The notes: generated by a model from the sequence alone, not told the origin. A DNA stretch of 64,000 nucleotides from Opitutales bacterium (GCA_049599475.1 JBMYOQ010000001.1:64001-128000); one strand, 5' to 3'; shown: positions 1 through 9,938, counted from the stretch's first letter. A program made the numbers and translations.

Positions 1-465
1 GCCGGCTCCGTTCCGAAATCTGTAATCTTTGTGGTTATTGGAAGTGTCGGATTGGCCCTAGGGGCGAGCGTTCTTGTGGATAGCTCCAAGGAACTCGCGG
101 GTCGTTTGGGAGTGAGCGAAGCCCTGATCGGGGCGACGATGGTGGCCATCGGAACCAGCTTACCCGAACTGGCTGCGACCATTGTAGCCGCGGCACGCAA
201 AGAAGCCGATTTGATTGCGGGAAATATCATTGGCTCCAATTTCTTTAATCTAGTCCTCATCGGTGGAGCGGTGGCCGTTGTAAAACCGATCGCGGTATCT
301 CCGACATTTTTCTCGTTCCAGCTCCCCGCGGTGTTAGTCGCGACAGCGTTGATGTGGATCCTCAGCAGTATCGGTAAAAATATGACCCGCCGCGACGGGA
401 TCATCCTTCTCGTATTCTACGCCGTGGTGATCGGAGTAATCGTGCAGCAAGAATTCGTGGGGTAG
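1..465 (+). CDS. Ca2+/Na+ antiporter (YrbG/CaCA family), 5'-truncated by window edge
   Basis: Frame is open from base 1; alpha-repeat motifs GTSLPEL and GNIIGSNFFN; several hydrophobic helices. Confidence 0.9.
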   Translation, partial: AGSVPKSVIFVVIGSVGLALGASVLVDSSKELAGRLGVSEALIGATMVAIGTSLPELAATIVAAARKEADLIAGNIIGSNFFNLVLIGGAVAVVKPIAVSPTFFSFQLPAVLVATALMWILSSIGKNMTRRDGIILLVFYAVVIGVIVQQEFVG

Positions 466-479
466 GGTGGCTATATCGG

Positions 480-605
480 TTCTCAAAAGTGTTTTCGTTT
501 ATTTTGGTAGAAGCCGACGACCCCCGCGGCTTTTCAGCGCATATTCGGCCGCCGGGGTCGTCGGCCGCTACCTTTGGTTTACGAATGTACTTTTGAGAAT
601 TAGTC
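480..605. repeat. Nested inverted repeat (REP/MITE-like)
   Basis: Outer arms TTCTCAAAAGT (480-490) / ACTTTTGAGAA (589-599). Inner arms GGTAG..GCCGACGACCCC / GGGGTCGTCGGC..CTACC (506-572). Lies between convergent genes. Confidence 0.75.
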
Positions 606-672
606 TAAAAGGCGGCATGAATTGCGTCAATTAGTCGCAGTGCAGGGCATTAAAGGCATTTCGCATGTGAGC

Positions 673-697
673 GGTGGGGCGAACCGTCTCGGTTAGC
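673..697. repeat. Single REP-like arm (family GGGCGAACCGTCTCGGTGAGC)
   Basis: GGGCGAACCGTCTCGGTTAGC closely matches the arms at 3201-3287. Confidence 0.7.
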
Positions 698-816
698 TGT
701 TGATAAACTTTGTTGGATAGATACAAATACGGCCTACACGGGCTTGAGTCCGTGGGACGTTTGCCTGCGCAGGCCGCATTGGTATATTCCTAACCAGCGG
801 AAATATGTATTGAGGA

Positions 817-2214
817 CTAGATCTTGAAGTAATCCGCAGCGTTCTGGTAGCTGATGCGCTTTACCATGTCGCCAATTAATTCAAAGTCGTTAGGTACTTC
901 GCCGTTTACCATATCCTCGCCCAGGAGGTTGCAAAGTATGCGGCGGAAGTATTCATGACGTGGATACGATAGGAAAGAGCGCGAATCGGTCAGCATGCCT
1001 ACGAAGCGACTGAGGAGCCCCAGCTGAGACAGTGCGTTCATCTGGGCAATCATGCCATCTTTCTGGTCGAGGAACCACCAGCCGCTGCCGAATTGGATTT
1101 TTCCGGGGACGCTACCGTCCTGGAAATTGCCGATCATGGTCGCGAATTGGTAGTTGTTATTATCATTCAAATTGTAGAGGACGGTTTTAGGCAAACGACC
1201 TACACTGTCTAAGCTGTCTAGGAATCGACTGAGCTTTACGCCTTGTGGGAAATCTCCGATGGAATCGCAACCGATGTCAGCCCCGAGCTTCTTAAAGAGT
1301 CGCGTATTGTTGTTCCGCATCGCTCCGAGGTGGAGCTGCATGGTCCAGTCGCGCTCATGATTCCACTCGCCGACCGCGCGCATGATGCTAAAGGCAAAGG
1401 CTTCCTTCTCCTCCGCGGTCGCGGCTGTTCCGCTGCGGGCTTTATCGAATATTGCCGCGAGCTCTGCATCCGAAGCCTCTGCGAAAAAGGCACGCTCGAG
1501 TCCGTGATCGGAGAGTCGTGCTCCCACTGAATGGAAAAAGTCGTGACGGTTCTTCAGGGCACTGATCAGTTCGCTATACGACGCAATATCTGTATCGGCA
1601 GCGGATTCAAGAGTGCTCAGCCAGGAATTGAACAACTCTGGGTTGTCGACTTGCATGGCCTTGTCCGGGCGGAAAGTCGGGACAACCTTCGTGTCGATAC
1701 CAAGTTCTTTGATCTTCAGATGATGCGCCAGGCTATCCGCGGGATCGTCAGTGGTCCCGATGACCTTTACCTTGAATTTCTCCAAGATCCCATGCGCACA
1801 AAAATCTGGCTCAGCAAGCTTAGCATTGGCTTGTTCCCATATCGCGGGCGCATTGTCTTTATTGATCAGAAGATCGATGTCGAAGTAGCGCTTCAGCTCG
1901 ATATGGCTCCAGTGATACAAGGGATTTCGGAGGGTGTAGGGAACCGTCTCGCAGAATGCTAGAAACTTATCGTAGGGATCCGCGTCTCCCGTGCAGAGAT
2001 CTTCGGAAACTCCATTGGAACGCATGGCGCGCCATTTATAGTGATCCCCCTCGAGCCAGATTTCGAACAGATTTTCGAATCTGCGATTCGTCGCCACATC
2101 TTCTGGAGGTAGGTGACAGTGATAATCGTAGATCGGCTCGTCTTTGCTGTATTCATGGTACAGCTTCTTGGCCGGCTCAGATTGGAGAAGAAAGTCTTCT
2201 GTTAAAAAGGACAT
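817..2214 (-). CDS. uxaC: Uronate (glucuronate) isomerase
   Basis: Motifs DYHCHL, GDHYKWRAMR, QFGSGWWF and GMLTDSRSFLSYPRHEYFRR; 465 aa. Confidence 0.97.
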   Translation of the reverse strand: MSFLTEDFLLQSEPAKKLYHEYSKDEPIYDYHCHLPPEDVATNRRFENLFEIWLEGDHYKWRAMRSNGVSEDLCTGDADPYDKFLAFCETVPYTLRNPLYHWSHIELKRYFDIDLLINKDNAPAIWEQANAKLAEPDFCAHGILEKFKVKVIGTTDDPADSLAHHLKIKELGIDTKVVPTFRPDKAMQVDNPELFNSWLSTLESAADTDIASYSELISALKNRHDFFHSVGARLSDHGLERAFFAEASDAELAAIFDKARSGTAATAEEKEAFAFSIMRAVGEWNHERDWTMQLHLGAMRNNNTRLFKKLGADIGCDSIGDFPQGVKLSRFLDSLDSVGRLPKTVLYNLNDNNNYQFATMIGNFQDGSVPGKIQFGSGWWFLDQKDGMIAQMNALSQLGLLSRFVGMLTDSRSFLSYPRHEYFRRILCNLLGEDMVNGEVPNDFELIGDMVKRISYQNAADYFKI

Positions 2215-2222
2215 GGTTTAGA

Positions 2223-2335
2223 AAGGATGAAGGATGAGGGATGAAGGATGACGTAGCGCGAAGCGGGTGCCCTTTGGGCAGTCTGAGCCGCAAACTGAGC
2301 GTAGACTGTCGAAAAGCGCCTCATCCTTCATCCTT
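2223..2335. repeat. Heptamer tandem repeat with inverted copies
   Basis: (A[A/G]GGATG)x4 at 2223-2251; complementary (TCATCCT)x2 at 2321-2335. Confidence 0.75.
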
Positions 2336-2339
2336 AAAA

Positions 2340-3116
2340 TTAGATCGTCATCGCGGCGTATCCGCCGTCTACTACAATTTCGGTTCCGGTCATGAAGCTG
2401 CCTGCTCCTGAAGCTAGAAGAAGCGTTGCGCCAATGAGTTCATTGGATGTTCCGAAGCGCTTCATCGGTGTGTGTCCCATGATGGAGGATACACGATCGG
2501 GTGAGAGCACCTTTTTATTTTGCTCCGCTGGGAAGAAGCCAGGAACGAGTGTGTTCACACGGATGTTCTCAGTGGCCCATTCGCGAGCAAGGTTCTTAGA
2601 AATATTGTGTACTGCTGCCTTGGATGCAGAGTAAGTGAATACGCGCGAGAGCGGTATTAGGCCAGACATCGATCCGAGATTGATGATGCTTCCACCTTTG
2701 CCTGCTTCGAGCATAGATTTTCCGAATACCTGGCACGCGACGAAGAGGGCCTTGAAGTTGATATTCATGATCCAGTCGAGTTCGTCTTCTGGAATCTCCA
2801 GGAAAGGAGTCGGTGAGTTTACGCCAGCCCCGTTCACGAGGATGTCGGTGCCGCCAAATTCGGTAATTATTTGAGCAGCGAGGGCTTCGAGGCTTTCTTT
2901 TGAGCCGACATCGCACTTGATGAAAGAGGATGTGCCGCCGAGTTCTTTAATCGAAGCCATGCGGGCCTCCGCTTTTTCCTGGCTGCGACCTACGAGGATG
3001 ACATTTGCGCCTGCTCCAGCGAGGCCTTCAGCCATAGCGCCGCAGAGTTCACCAGTGCCTCCGATGACGACGGCTGTTTTTCCTTCGAGAGAAAAGAGTG
3101 AGTTTAGGTATTCCAT
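2340..3116 (-). CDS. SDR oxidoreductase, probably D-mannonate/fructuronate oxidoreductase or KduD-like
   Basis: Rossmann motif [12 protein letters not shown], catalytic YSASK; lies between uxaC and kdgK. Confidence 0.85.
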   Translation of the reverse strand: MEYLNSLFSLEGKTAVVIGGTGELCGAMAEGLAGAGANVILVGRSQEKAEARMASIKELGGTSSFIKCDVGSKESLEALAAQIITEFGGTDILVNGAGVNSPTPFLEIPEDELDWIMNINFKALFVACQVFGKSMLEAGKGGSIINLGSMSGLIPLSRVFTYSASKAAVHNISKNLAREWATENIRVNTLVPGFFPAEQNKKVLSPDRVSSIMGHTPMKRFGTSNELIGATLLLASGAGSFMTGTEIVVDGGYAAMTI

Positions 3117-3200
3117 TGTGGGATTCGTGAGTAGAAATTGTATGTGGATCCTCGAAAGCTTAATTATTCATTCAAGAGGAGCTCTGATGCAAATTAGTGA

Positions 3201-3287
3201 AGGTCGGGCGAACCGTCTCGGTGAGCCGCTGCGAATAAGTCTATTGGATCGTGTCTGAGCGGATCACCGAGACGGTTCGCCCTATCT
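3201..3287. repeat. REP doublet (30-bp inverted arms, 27-bp spacer)
   Basis: 3201-3230 matches the reverse complement of 3258-3287 at 27 of 30 positions. Confidence 0.85.
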
Positions 3288-3321
3288 TTTGTTTTCGAAA
3301 ATGCTTTTGGAAAGGAGATAA

Positions 3322-3344
3322 GGGACGCCCGTGGAGGGCGTCCC
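3322..3344 (-). terminator. Probable intrinsic terminator or stabilising hairpin after kdgK
   Basis: 9-bp stem GGGACGCCC/GGGCGTCCC about 15 nt past the stop; pyrimidine-rich tail on the minus strand. Confidence 0.55.
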
Positions 3345-3359
3345 CGACTGTCATAATTA

Positions 3360-4457
3360 TTAGCGTACGACGCGGGCGCCGCCGCCGGACATAACTTTTT
3401 CGACTTCCTTGACGTTGGCCATTGTGGTGTCGCCAGGTGTTGTCATCGCGAGAGCTCCGTGAGCAGCACCGTAGTTTACAGCCTTCTCAGGGTCTTGCGT
3501 GGTAATCATTCCGTAGATGTAGCCAGACGCGAAGCTATCGCCTCCGCCTACGCGGTCGAAGATTTCGAGATCTGGGTAAGGACGGCTTTCGTAGAATTCG
3601 CCATCGTGCCATGTGATCGCACCCCAGTCGTTGATGGTCGCAGTCTTTACGCCGCGGAGAGTGGTCGCCGTTGCCTTGAAATTTGGATACGCAGCTACCA
3701 CCTTTTCGATCATTGCCTTGAAGGAATCGATTTCGATGTTGGAGATGTTTTCGTCGACACCTTCAACTTCGAATCCGAGACATGCGGTGAAATCCTCTTC
3801 GTTGCCGATCATCACGTCGACATACTTAGCAATTTCCTTGTTTACCTCCTGGGCCTTGGCGTGGCCACCGATGGATTCCCAGAGAGACGGGCGGTAGTTC
3901 AAATCGTATGACACGATGGTGCCGTATTTCTTAGCTGCCTTTACCGCTTCGAGGCAGACTTCAGCTGCAGACGCTGAGAGGGCTGCGAAAATACCACCCG
4001 TGTGGAACCAACGAACGCCGTCTTCACCAAAGATCTTTTCCCAGTCAATATCACCAGGCTTTAGCTGAGAGACAGCGGTGTTGCCACGGTCGACAGTGCC
4101 CTTCGCGCCACGGATACCGTAGCCACGCTCGGTGAAGTTCAGGCCGTTGCGTACGGTGCGACCGAGGCCATCGAAATCTTTCCACTGGACGTATTCGGTA
4201 TCTACGCCGCCCTGGAGGATGAAATCTTCTACGAGGCGGCCAACATCGTTGTCCGCAAACGCTGTGACAATCGCGGTTCGCTTGCCGAAGCAGCGACGCA
4301 TTCCGCGGGCGACATTGTATTCGCCTCCGCCTTCCCACGCTTGGAAAAAGCGAGTGGTACGCACGCGCCCATCACCTGGGTCCAGGCGGAGCATGACTTC
4401 GCCTAGGGAGACGAGGTCGTATTTACATTCAGATTCAGGTTTTACTTCGATAGCCAT
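3360..4457 (-). CDS. kdgK: 2-dehydro-3-deoxygluconokinase (PfkB family)
   Basis: Motifs LGEVMLRL, GGGEYNVA, SYDLNYRPSLW, DRVGGGDSF; uronate context. Confidence 0.88.
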   Translation of the reverse strand: MAIEVKPESECKYDLVSLGEVMLRLDPGDGRVRTTRFFQAWEGGGEYNVARGMRRCFGKRTAIVTAFADNDVGRLVEDFILQGGVDTEYVQWKDFDGLGRTVRNGLNFTERGYGIRGAKGTVDRGNTAVSQLKPGDIDWEKIFGEDGVRWFHTGGIFAALSASAAEVCLEAVKAAKKYGTIVSYDLNYRPSLWESIGGHAKAQEVNKEIAKYVDVMIGNEEDFTACLGFEVEGVDENISNIEIDSFKAMIEKVVAAYPNFKATATTLRGVKTATINDWGAITWHDGEFYESRPYPDLEIFDRVGGGDSFASGYIYGMITTQDPEKAVNYGAAHGALAMTTPGDTTMANVKEVEKVMSGGGARVVR

Positions 4458-4478
4458 GATATTTGATGGATTAAAAGG

Positions 4479-5579
4479 TTATTTGTATTCTTTTAGTTCG
4501 GACAGATCCCAGGCCGCGAGCCCGCACTCTTCCGCGAGTTCGTTGAAACCTTCGAGTTCTGCTTTCGTGAAAAGGATGCCACCTGCTGCTGCGCATTTCT
4601 TGGCAGCTTGCGCTTCAAATTGTCCGGGTAGGATACAGCTTTCATTGCCGTGTCCGAGGATGTCACCTAGGACAGCTTTGATGTTCTCAGTCTGGTTGCG
4701 GCCTTGAGAGAACAGGCCTGCACTGAGCGCGTCTGGATGAATTACTTGGAAATAGAAGCAAGGCGCCCGTTTTTCGCCGTCTTCTTGGCCTTCCCAGCGT
4801 GAACGGACTGTGGGCAATCCTCCGCCGATGAAAGCTGCGACAATTTCGTTGATCAAGCTGAGTCCGTAGCCTTTGTGTGCACCGAAAGGTAGTAGAGCCT
4901 TGGCTGCTTTGGGATCGGTCGTGGGTACGCCGTTCTCATCCACGGCTGCATTTGGAGGAAGCTCCATGCCTTCTCGAGCAAATTGCTGCACGCGACCCAT
5001 GGCCACGACTGATGTTGCCCAATCGATGACGATTGGGTAGCCGATGGCGTCGACAGTTGGGAAGCCCCAGCTATGCGGGTTGGTGCCGAGTGTGGGGAAT
5101 TTTCCCATGAAGGGAACCACTTCTGTAAGGGCTGCGGTGCAATTGGTGTATGCGATGTATCCGCGCTCCGCAGCATCCATGACATAGCCTCCACCCCAGA
5201 GGTAGTGGAATGCATTGTCCACGGACACGGTTCCGACGCCGTATTTATCAGCCAACGAAATTGCTGTTTCGATGGCTTCCATTGCGGTCGCTTGGCCGAG
5301 CTTGCGCTGGGCGTCCCAAATTTCGACGGCTTCGAAGCGTGTATCGAGTTTTTTGATTTCTGCACCTGGAACGCAGCCACTTGCGCCACTTCCAAAGAGG
5401 TGGTCTAGGTGGAGGGCTTTGAGGGCGTTGTGAGTGCGGATACCGTGCTTGGAGGCGCGGGCTGCGAATTTGGCAGCTTGCTCTGACTCAGTGGCGTCGA
5501 ATCCACGGTGTTCATACGCGGCCTTGACCAGCGCATTGTGTTGCTCCTCGGGGAGGATATAGAATGTTTCGGAAGACAT
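4479..5579 (-). CDS. Ldh-2 (malate/L-lactate/diketogulonate reductase) family oxidoreductase
   Basis: Motifs GIRTH, LGTNPH, DWATS, PTTDP, LLPFGAHKGYGL. Confidence 0.88.
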   Translation of the reverse strand: MSSETFYILPEEQHNALVKAAYEHRGFDATESEQAAKFAARASKHGIRTHNALKALHLDHLFGSGASGCVPGAEIKKLDTRFEAVEIWDAQRKLGQATAMEAIETAISLADKYGVGTVSVDNAFHYLWGGGYVMDAAERGYIAYTNCTAALTEVVPFMGKFPTLGTNPHSWGFPTVDAIGYPIVIDWATSVVAMGRVQQFAREGMELPPNAAVDENGVPTTDPKAAKALLPFGAHKGYGLSLINEIVAAFIGGGLPTVRSRWEGQEDGEKRAPCFYFQVIHPDALSAGLFSQGRNQTENIKAVLGDILGHGNESCILPGQFEAQAAKKCAAAGGILFTKAELEGFNELAEECGLAAWDLSELKEYK

Positions 5580-5594
5580 TGTGGAGAGCAGGTA

Positions 5595-6551
5595 TTAGAT
5601 AGAATTGGCTTGGGCTTCGGGTTCTCTTCCTTCGAGGACCGCGAAAAGATTACGGATAGATTTACTGGCCTGGCGGACGACGGATTCGTTCGTGCGTGAG
5701 CCGATGTGTGGCGTGAGAATGCAGTTGGGCGCTCCTAAAAGCGGGTGGTCTGCTGGAGGCGGTTCTTGGTCGAGCACGTCCGATGCGTAGGCGGGAAGGG
5801 TGCCAGCATCCAGAGCCGCGCGAATGGCGTATTTGTCGACAACTTCGCCGCGTGAAGTATTCACGATGAAGGTGCCTGGCTTGAGCAGCTTAAGGGTTTC
5901 TTCATTAATCAAGCCCTTTGTCTCCGGTGTCGCTGGGACGTGGATGGAGATGACGTCTGACTCCTTGAGCAGAGTTTCGATCTCTGTGACACGCTCAACG
6001 CCGAACTCTTCGTTGTATTCATCTTTCCATGAACGATTGTGCACGATGACGCGCATACCGAATGCCTTGGCGCGGATGGCGACTTCTTTGGCAATACGTC
6101 CGAAACCGATGAGGCCAATTGTCTTCTCGAAAAGCTCGGTGCCTGTCATGCGTTTCCAGTTACCTTGGGCGACGTAGTTTGCTTCGGTTACAATCTTACG
6201 GCTGCAAGCGAGCATGAGGCCAAAGGTGTGCTCTGCGACGGTTGTTTGATTCACCCCAGGTGTGTAGGTGACTGGGATTTTAAGATCGGTCGCGCTCTCG
6301 AGATCGATTCGATCAAGACCGATACCATATTTTGAAATGACCTTCAGGCGTGGTAAGGACTTTTCCATGACGGCGCGAGTCATATCATCGTCGCCACATA
6401 GAAAGGCGTCGAAATCTCCGGCCAGCTCGAGCATTTTGGATTCTGGAAGTGGGCCGCGCTCACGCACGATTTCGTATCCCTTGGATGCCAAGAGCTCGTG
6501 ATGCGAGCCAGGGGTGTCTTGGAAGGAGGTGGTGGTTAATAGGATTCTCAT
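5595..6551 (-). CDS. D-isomer-specific 2-hydroxyacid dehydrogenase (PGDH-like)
   Basis: Motifs GLIGFGRIA, VNTSRGEVVD, TPHIGS; no ACT domain. Confidence 0.9.
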   Translation of the reverse strand: MRILLTTTSFQDTPGSHHELLASKGYEIVRERGPLPESKMLELAGDFDAFLCGDDDMTRAVMEKSLPRLKVISKYGIGLDRIDLESATDLKIPVTYTPGVNQTTVAEHTFGLMLACSRKIVTEANYVAQGNWKRMTGTELFEKTIGLIGFGRIAKEVAIRAKAFGMRVIVHNRSWKDEYNEEFGVERVTEIETLLKESDVISIHVPATPETKGLINEETLKLLKPGTFIVNTSRGEVVDKYAIRAALDAGTLPAYASDVLDQEPPPADHPLLGAPNCILTPHIGSRTNESVVRQASKSIRNLFAVLEGREPEAQANSI

Positions 6552-7603
6552 GAGTTTTCGTTAGGTGTAAATTGGGTCGACTCGCGAATAATGAGCTTGG
6601 GCTCGATCACTTTCAGGATCTTTGGGTCGAGGGCTGTGGAGCTGTTTTTGGCTTCGCTCAGGAGCTCCATCACAGAGTCCATCTGCTCTCCGACGCATTG
6701 GTCGACGCTCGTGAGGGTAGGAGTGAGGAAGGCCGAGGCTTCATTGTTATCAAAGCCCGCAAGCGCGATATCCTGTGGGATCTTTAGACCGGCTTCGCTA
6801 ATGCGGCGTGCGGCGCCGATGGCGATTCGGTCATTTAACCCAATCCAAGCGGTGGCATCTTCGCCTGCTTTAAGAGCCATAGATGCGAGATCGTAGCCGT
6901 AATGGAAATCGAGGCGTTCGCGGCCGGGTCCTACGTAGGGGCTCAAGCACTCCTCTTTGTCGAGGCCGAGTTCTTCGAGACAATCGTAGATGCCTGCCAT
7001 ACGGTCCTTACCATAAATTACCCCTTCTTCTAGCCCCAAAAGGGCAAATTTTCGATGGCCTTGATCGTAGAGGTGGCGCATCGCTTGTGGATAAGCGTGT
7101 GCCCGGGCGACGCGGATTGTGGGAAAGGGAAGTGTGTGGACGGGATCGATACAAATCGTGGTGATCTTCGAATCGATCAGGCTTTGGATGGCCGGATCTT
7201 CTGATTTAAGTTCCGTACTGAAGAGAATGACCGCCTCTGCACGCATCGAAATGAAGCGACGGATCACCGCAGTCTCGGTCTCGGGATCGTTGCTGGTGTG
7301 CTGTGTATTAGGCTGGTATCCGGCCGTACGCAGACGCGATTGTAGTGAGGCAACCTTTTGCATGAGGAGTGGATTCTCCAGCTCTTGGAAGCAGACGCCG
7401 ATCATCCCTGTGGAGCCTCCGCGGAGGCCTCGAGCGAGCGGATCCGGCGCGAAACCTTCGGAAGCCATGGCGTCTAAAACGCGCTTCCGCGTGCTCTCTT
7501 TGATGTCTGGATGTCCGTTTAAAGCTCGAGATACAGTCCAACGCGACAGACCTAGGTGGTCGGCCAAGGCTTGGGTAGATGCGATTCGAGGGGTATCGGA
7601 CAT
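6548..7603 (-). CDS. LacI-family transcriptional regulator
   Basis: N-terminal HTH (LADHLGLSRWTVSRALN); C-terminal IPQDIALAGFDN..PTLTSV..LIIRES. ATG at 7603 preferred. Confidence 0.93.
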   Translation of the reverse strand: MSDTPRIASTQALADHLGLSRWTVSRALNGHPDIKESTRKRVLDAMASEGFAPDPLARGLRGGSTGMIGVCFQELENPLLMQKVASLQSRLRTAGYQPNTQHTSNDPETETAVIRRFISMRAEAVILFSTELKSEDPAIQSLIDSKITTICIDPVHTLPFPTIRVARAHAYPQAMRHLYDQGHRKFALLGLEEGVIYGKDRMAGIYDCLEELGLDKEECLSPYVGPGRERLDFHYGYDLASMALKAGEDATAWIGLNDRIAIGAARRISEAGLKIPQDIALAGFDNNEASAFLTPTLTSVDQCVGEQMDSVMELLSEAKNSSTALDPKILKVIEPKLIIRESTQFTPNENS

Positions 7604-7608
7604 GCTTC

Positions 7609-7660
7609 CTAACACGTGTTAGATTTTATTCGGAGTCAAGCTTTATCTAACACGTGTAGG
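7609..7660. promoter_or_regulatory. Two putative LacI-type operators
   Basis: Perfect palindrome CTAACACGTGTTAG (7609-7622) and near copy CTAACACGTGTAGG (7647-7660), both with central CG. A minus-strand TTGACT lies between them. Confidence 0.75.
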
Positions 7661-7703
7661 GTTTTTGCCTTGCAAACTTCTAATTTTGGCAGATTAACAG
7701 ACT

Positions 7704-8096
7704 TTAGGTGTCGATATGATCGAAGCGCTTGTTGTTTGCCGGAAGTTCATCGGGCAAAAAACTATAATATATGCCGAACCACAGGCTCCAGCTGATCGGG
7801 TAGAACAGAATCGGCATCACCACGGTAAGCACCGCGATGGCGATCAGGGATGGTCTCATGGGAAGCAGGCCGAGAAGGGCGGCGCCTAGAATTGGCAGGA
7901 CAAAGGCGAATACTGTGAAACCGTAATTGACCACCATCGGTCCCAAGAACCATCCAGAGCCGCGCTGCAACTTCATGAAGCAAAGCGGGCAGGTGTCTCT
8001 GAGCTTGAAGGGGCTGGAAAACAGACCTTTGTGGCCGCAGTTTGGGCACTGCATGCATACGCTGCGTTTGAGAATCGTCTGCGGTTCTACTTCCAT
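7704..8096 (-). CDS. DUF983-like Zn-ribbon membrane protein
   Basis: CPNC...CPLC followed by two hydrophobic helices. Confidence 0.75.
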   Translation of the reverse strand: MEVEPQTILKRSVCMQCPNCGHKGLFSSPFKLRDTCPLCFMKLQRGSGWFLGPMVVNYGFTVFAFVLPILGAALLGLLPMRPSLIAIAVLTVVMPILFYPISWSLWFGIYYSFLPDELPANNKRFDHIDT

Positions 8097-8106
8097 GATG
8101 TGAATG

Positions 8107-9417
8107 CTACTTTAAAGTGCGCACGAGGATTTTCGATGCGCGCCCGTTTGCCTCGTAGTCAGCACGACGAGCTTCGGGGAGATCCTCTTTGCTGCCATCG
8201 GCGAATTCGCAGCTATGTTTGAAGAAAGGGTAGCTCTGGGTGGTGAGCGCAAGGAGTTTCTCGGCGCCTTGTTTTTTCGCCTCCATCTCTGCGAACTCGA
8301 CCATCTTTTTGCCGACACCTCGTTTTTGGTAAAAAGATTGCACAAGGACCATGCCGACTTCGAAAACAGTCCGTGTCTCGTCAGGCTTGAGCTGCATGCA
8401 GGCGATAATGCTCCCGTCGATCTCGTATACCCATGTATTAGAAATTTCCTTATCAATTTCGGAGCGTGAGCGCGGCTTCAACGACGCATTGCGTGTAGCA
8501 TGCCTCGTGATATCGTAGATGGCCTGGATATCCTTAGGGCGGGCCTTTCGAATCTCTTGATATGCGTTGGCGTGGATCATTGAGCCGATGCCGACTTTGT
8601 CGAAAATCTCAGTCAGCAGTCCGCCGAAAACGCGACCATCAATGATGTGGGCACGCGTAACACCGTTTTTTAGTGCATAGACTGAGCGCTCTGCTTTTAG
8701 CCGACAGGCCTCATCTACGGACTCGGGTTTGGTTTGTAAGATGTCTTCGAGTTCCGACGATGGGATGTTAATGCGGACTTCGTCGCCGATGGTGATCCCG
8801 GGACGTGGTGACAGGAAAATGAGTTTGGAAGCATTGAGCGCTATGGCGCATTCCGCCGCAAGGGAGTCGGCATTGAGGCGGTAGGCTCGCCCGGCTCGGT
8901 CGTAGGCAATGGGGGATATTATCGGAATGCTCTCAGATTTCATGAGCGCTTCGATCGTCCCCGAGTGGATATTACTCGCTTTGCCGGTGTATCCAAAATC
9001 AACGCCGTCGATCAATCCGACTTCGGTCGGGGTCACGACGTTTGCAATCGCGAAACGAAGGCCGCTGCGCGTGAGGCCTTTTTGAAATTTTTGCTCCACG
9101 TCCAAGGAGCACTCGATGGCAAGATCTAGGGTGTCTTGATCGGTCGGGCCGCTGCCGTACACATCGGTAATCGCAATGCCGCGTTCCTTGCTCTTTTGGC
9201 GCATTTGCTTTCCGATGCCGTGCACAATGACGACCTGGATGTTCAGATTGCGCAGGACTGCGATGTCCAAGAGAAGATCGGCGAATTGCTCATGCTCGAC
9301 GATGCTGCCATCGAAAGAGATCACAAAAACATGATTCCGAAACATCGGGACATACTTAAGTATGCCGCGTAAATCGGTCGGCTTGATCGCATTCTCTATG
9401 CCGAGGTCCTGGCTCAT
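8107..9417 (-). CDS. argA: Amino-acid N-acetyltransferase (N-acetylglutamate synthase)
   Basis: AAK-like domain (VIVHG, NADSLA, RAHIIDG..LLTEIF..GIG) fused to a GNAT domain (QKRGVG). Confidence 0.9.
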   Translation of the reverse strand: MSQDLGIENAIKPTDLRGILKYVPMFRNHVFVISFDGSIVEHEQFADLLLDIAVLRNLNIQVVIVHGIGKQMRQKSKERGIAITDVYGSGPTDQDTLDLAIECSLDVEQKFQKGLTRSGLRFAIANVVTPTEVGLIDGVDFGYTGKASNIHSGTIEALMKSESIPIISPIAYDRAGRAYRLNADSLAAECAIALNASKLIFLSPRPGITIGDEVRINIPSSELEDILQTKPESVDEACRLKAERSVYALKNGVTRAHIIDGRVFGGLLTEIFDKVGIGSMIHANAYQEIRKARPKDIQAIYDITRHATRNASLKPRSRSEIDKEISNTWVYEIDGSIIACMQLKPDETRTVFEVGMVLVQSFYQKRGVGKKMVEFAEMEAKKQGAEKLLALTTQSYPFFKHSCEFADGSKEDLPEARRADYEANGRASKILVRTLK

Positions 9418-9481
9418 ACTACTAAGTTGAGCAACTTATCTTAATCCGACGATCCTTAAATTGTACGGGCCAAGCAGGGTC

Positions 9482-9883
9482 TTATCTGAGACGTGTCCTG
9501 ATGCCTTTAGCTACTGATAGTGGGGTGTCTGGGCTTGCCGGATTGGGGACAACTTGATGCCCCGATGGGGAGATCCAGAGGTCCATGTCTTCTACAGGGA
9601 CTGCTCCCAATAAGACTTCATTTCCCAGCATAATGGCTCCCGTAAAGCATTCACGGTTCGCTACCTGGATCTTTATGGGGCCCACATAGGGACACTCATG
9701 GCTGGAGCCGTCAGCAGTGGTCACTCTACGACTGTGAAGCTCCTCAAGGTCTAATTCTTCTGCGAGCTCTTTCGGGATGCACAAATGTAAAGCTCCAGTA
9801 TCTGTTAATGCAGACCTACTAACAGAACCCTTGGAAGTTTTCCGTGGGTTTGAGAGCTCAATTTCAACTTTCACTAATCCCAT
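9482..9883 (-). CDS. Clan AA (retropepsin-like) aspartic protease
   Basis: Catalytic DTG motif (ALTDTGA), TADG flap, LLG motif; 133 aa. Confidence 0.85.
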   Translation of the reverse strand: MGLVKVEIELSNPRKTSKGSVSRSALTDTGALHLCIPKELAEELDLEELHSRRVTTADGSSHECPYVGPIKIQVANRECFTGAIMLGNEVLLGAVPVEDMDLWISPSGHQVVPNPASPDTPLSVAKGIRTRLR

Positions 9884-9938
9884 CGTTCAAAGATGTAAGA
9901 TTTGAGGCGCTGAGTCAAAGCCACGAATGAGAGCCGCT

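Noticed and set aside
2223..3287. Repeats as a CRISPR array
   Set aside because: No regularly spaced direct repeats with unique spacers, and no cas genes.
5595..6551. serA
   Set aside because: No regulatory domain, and it lies inside a sugar-acid operon, so the substrate is uncertain.
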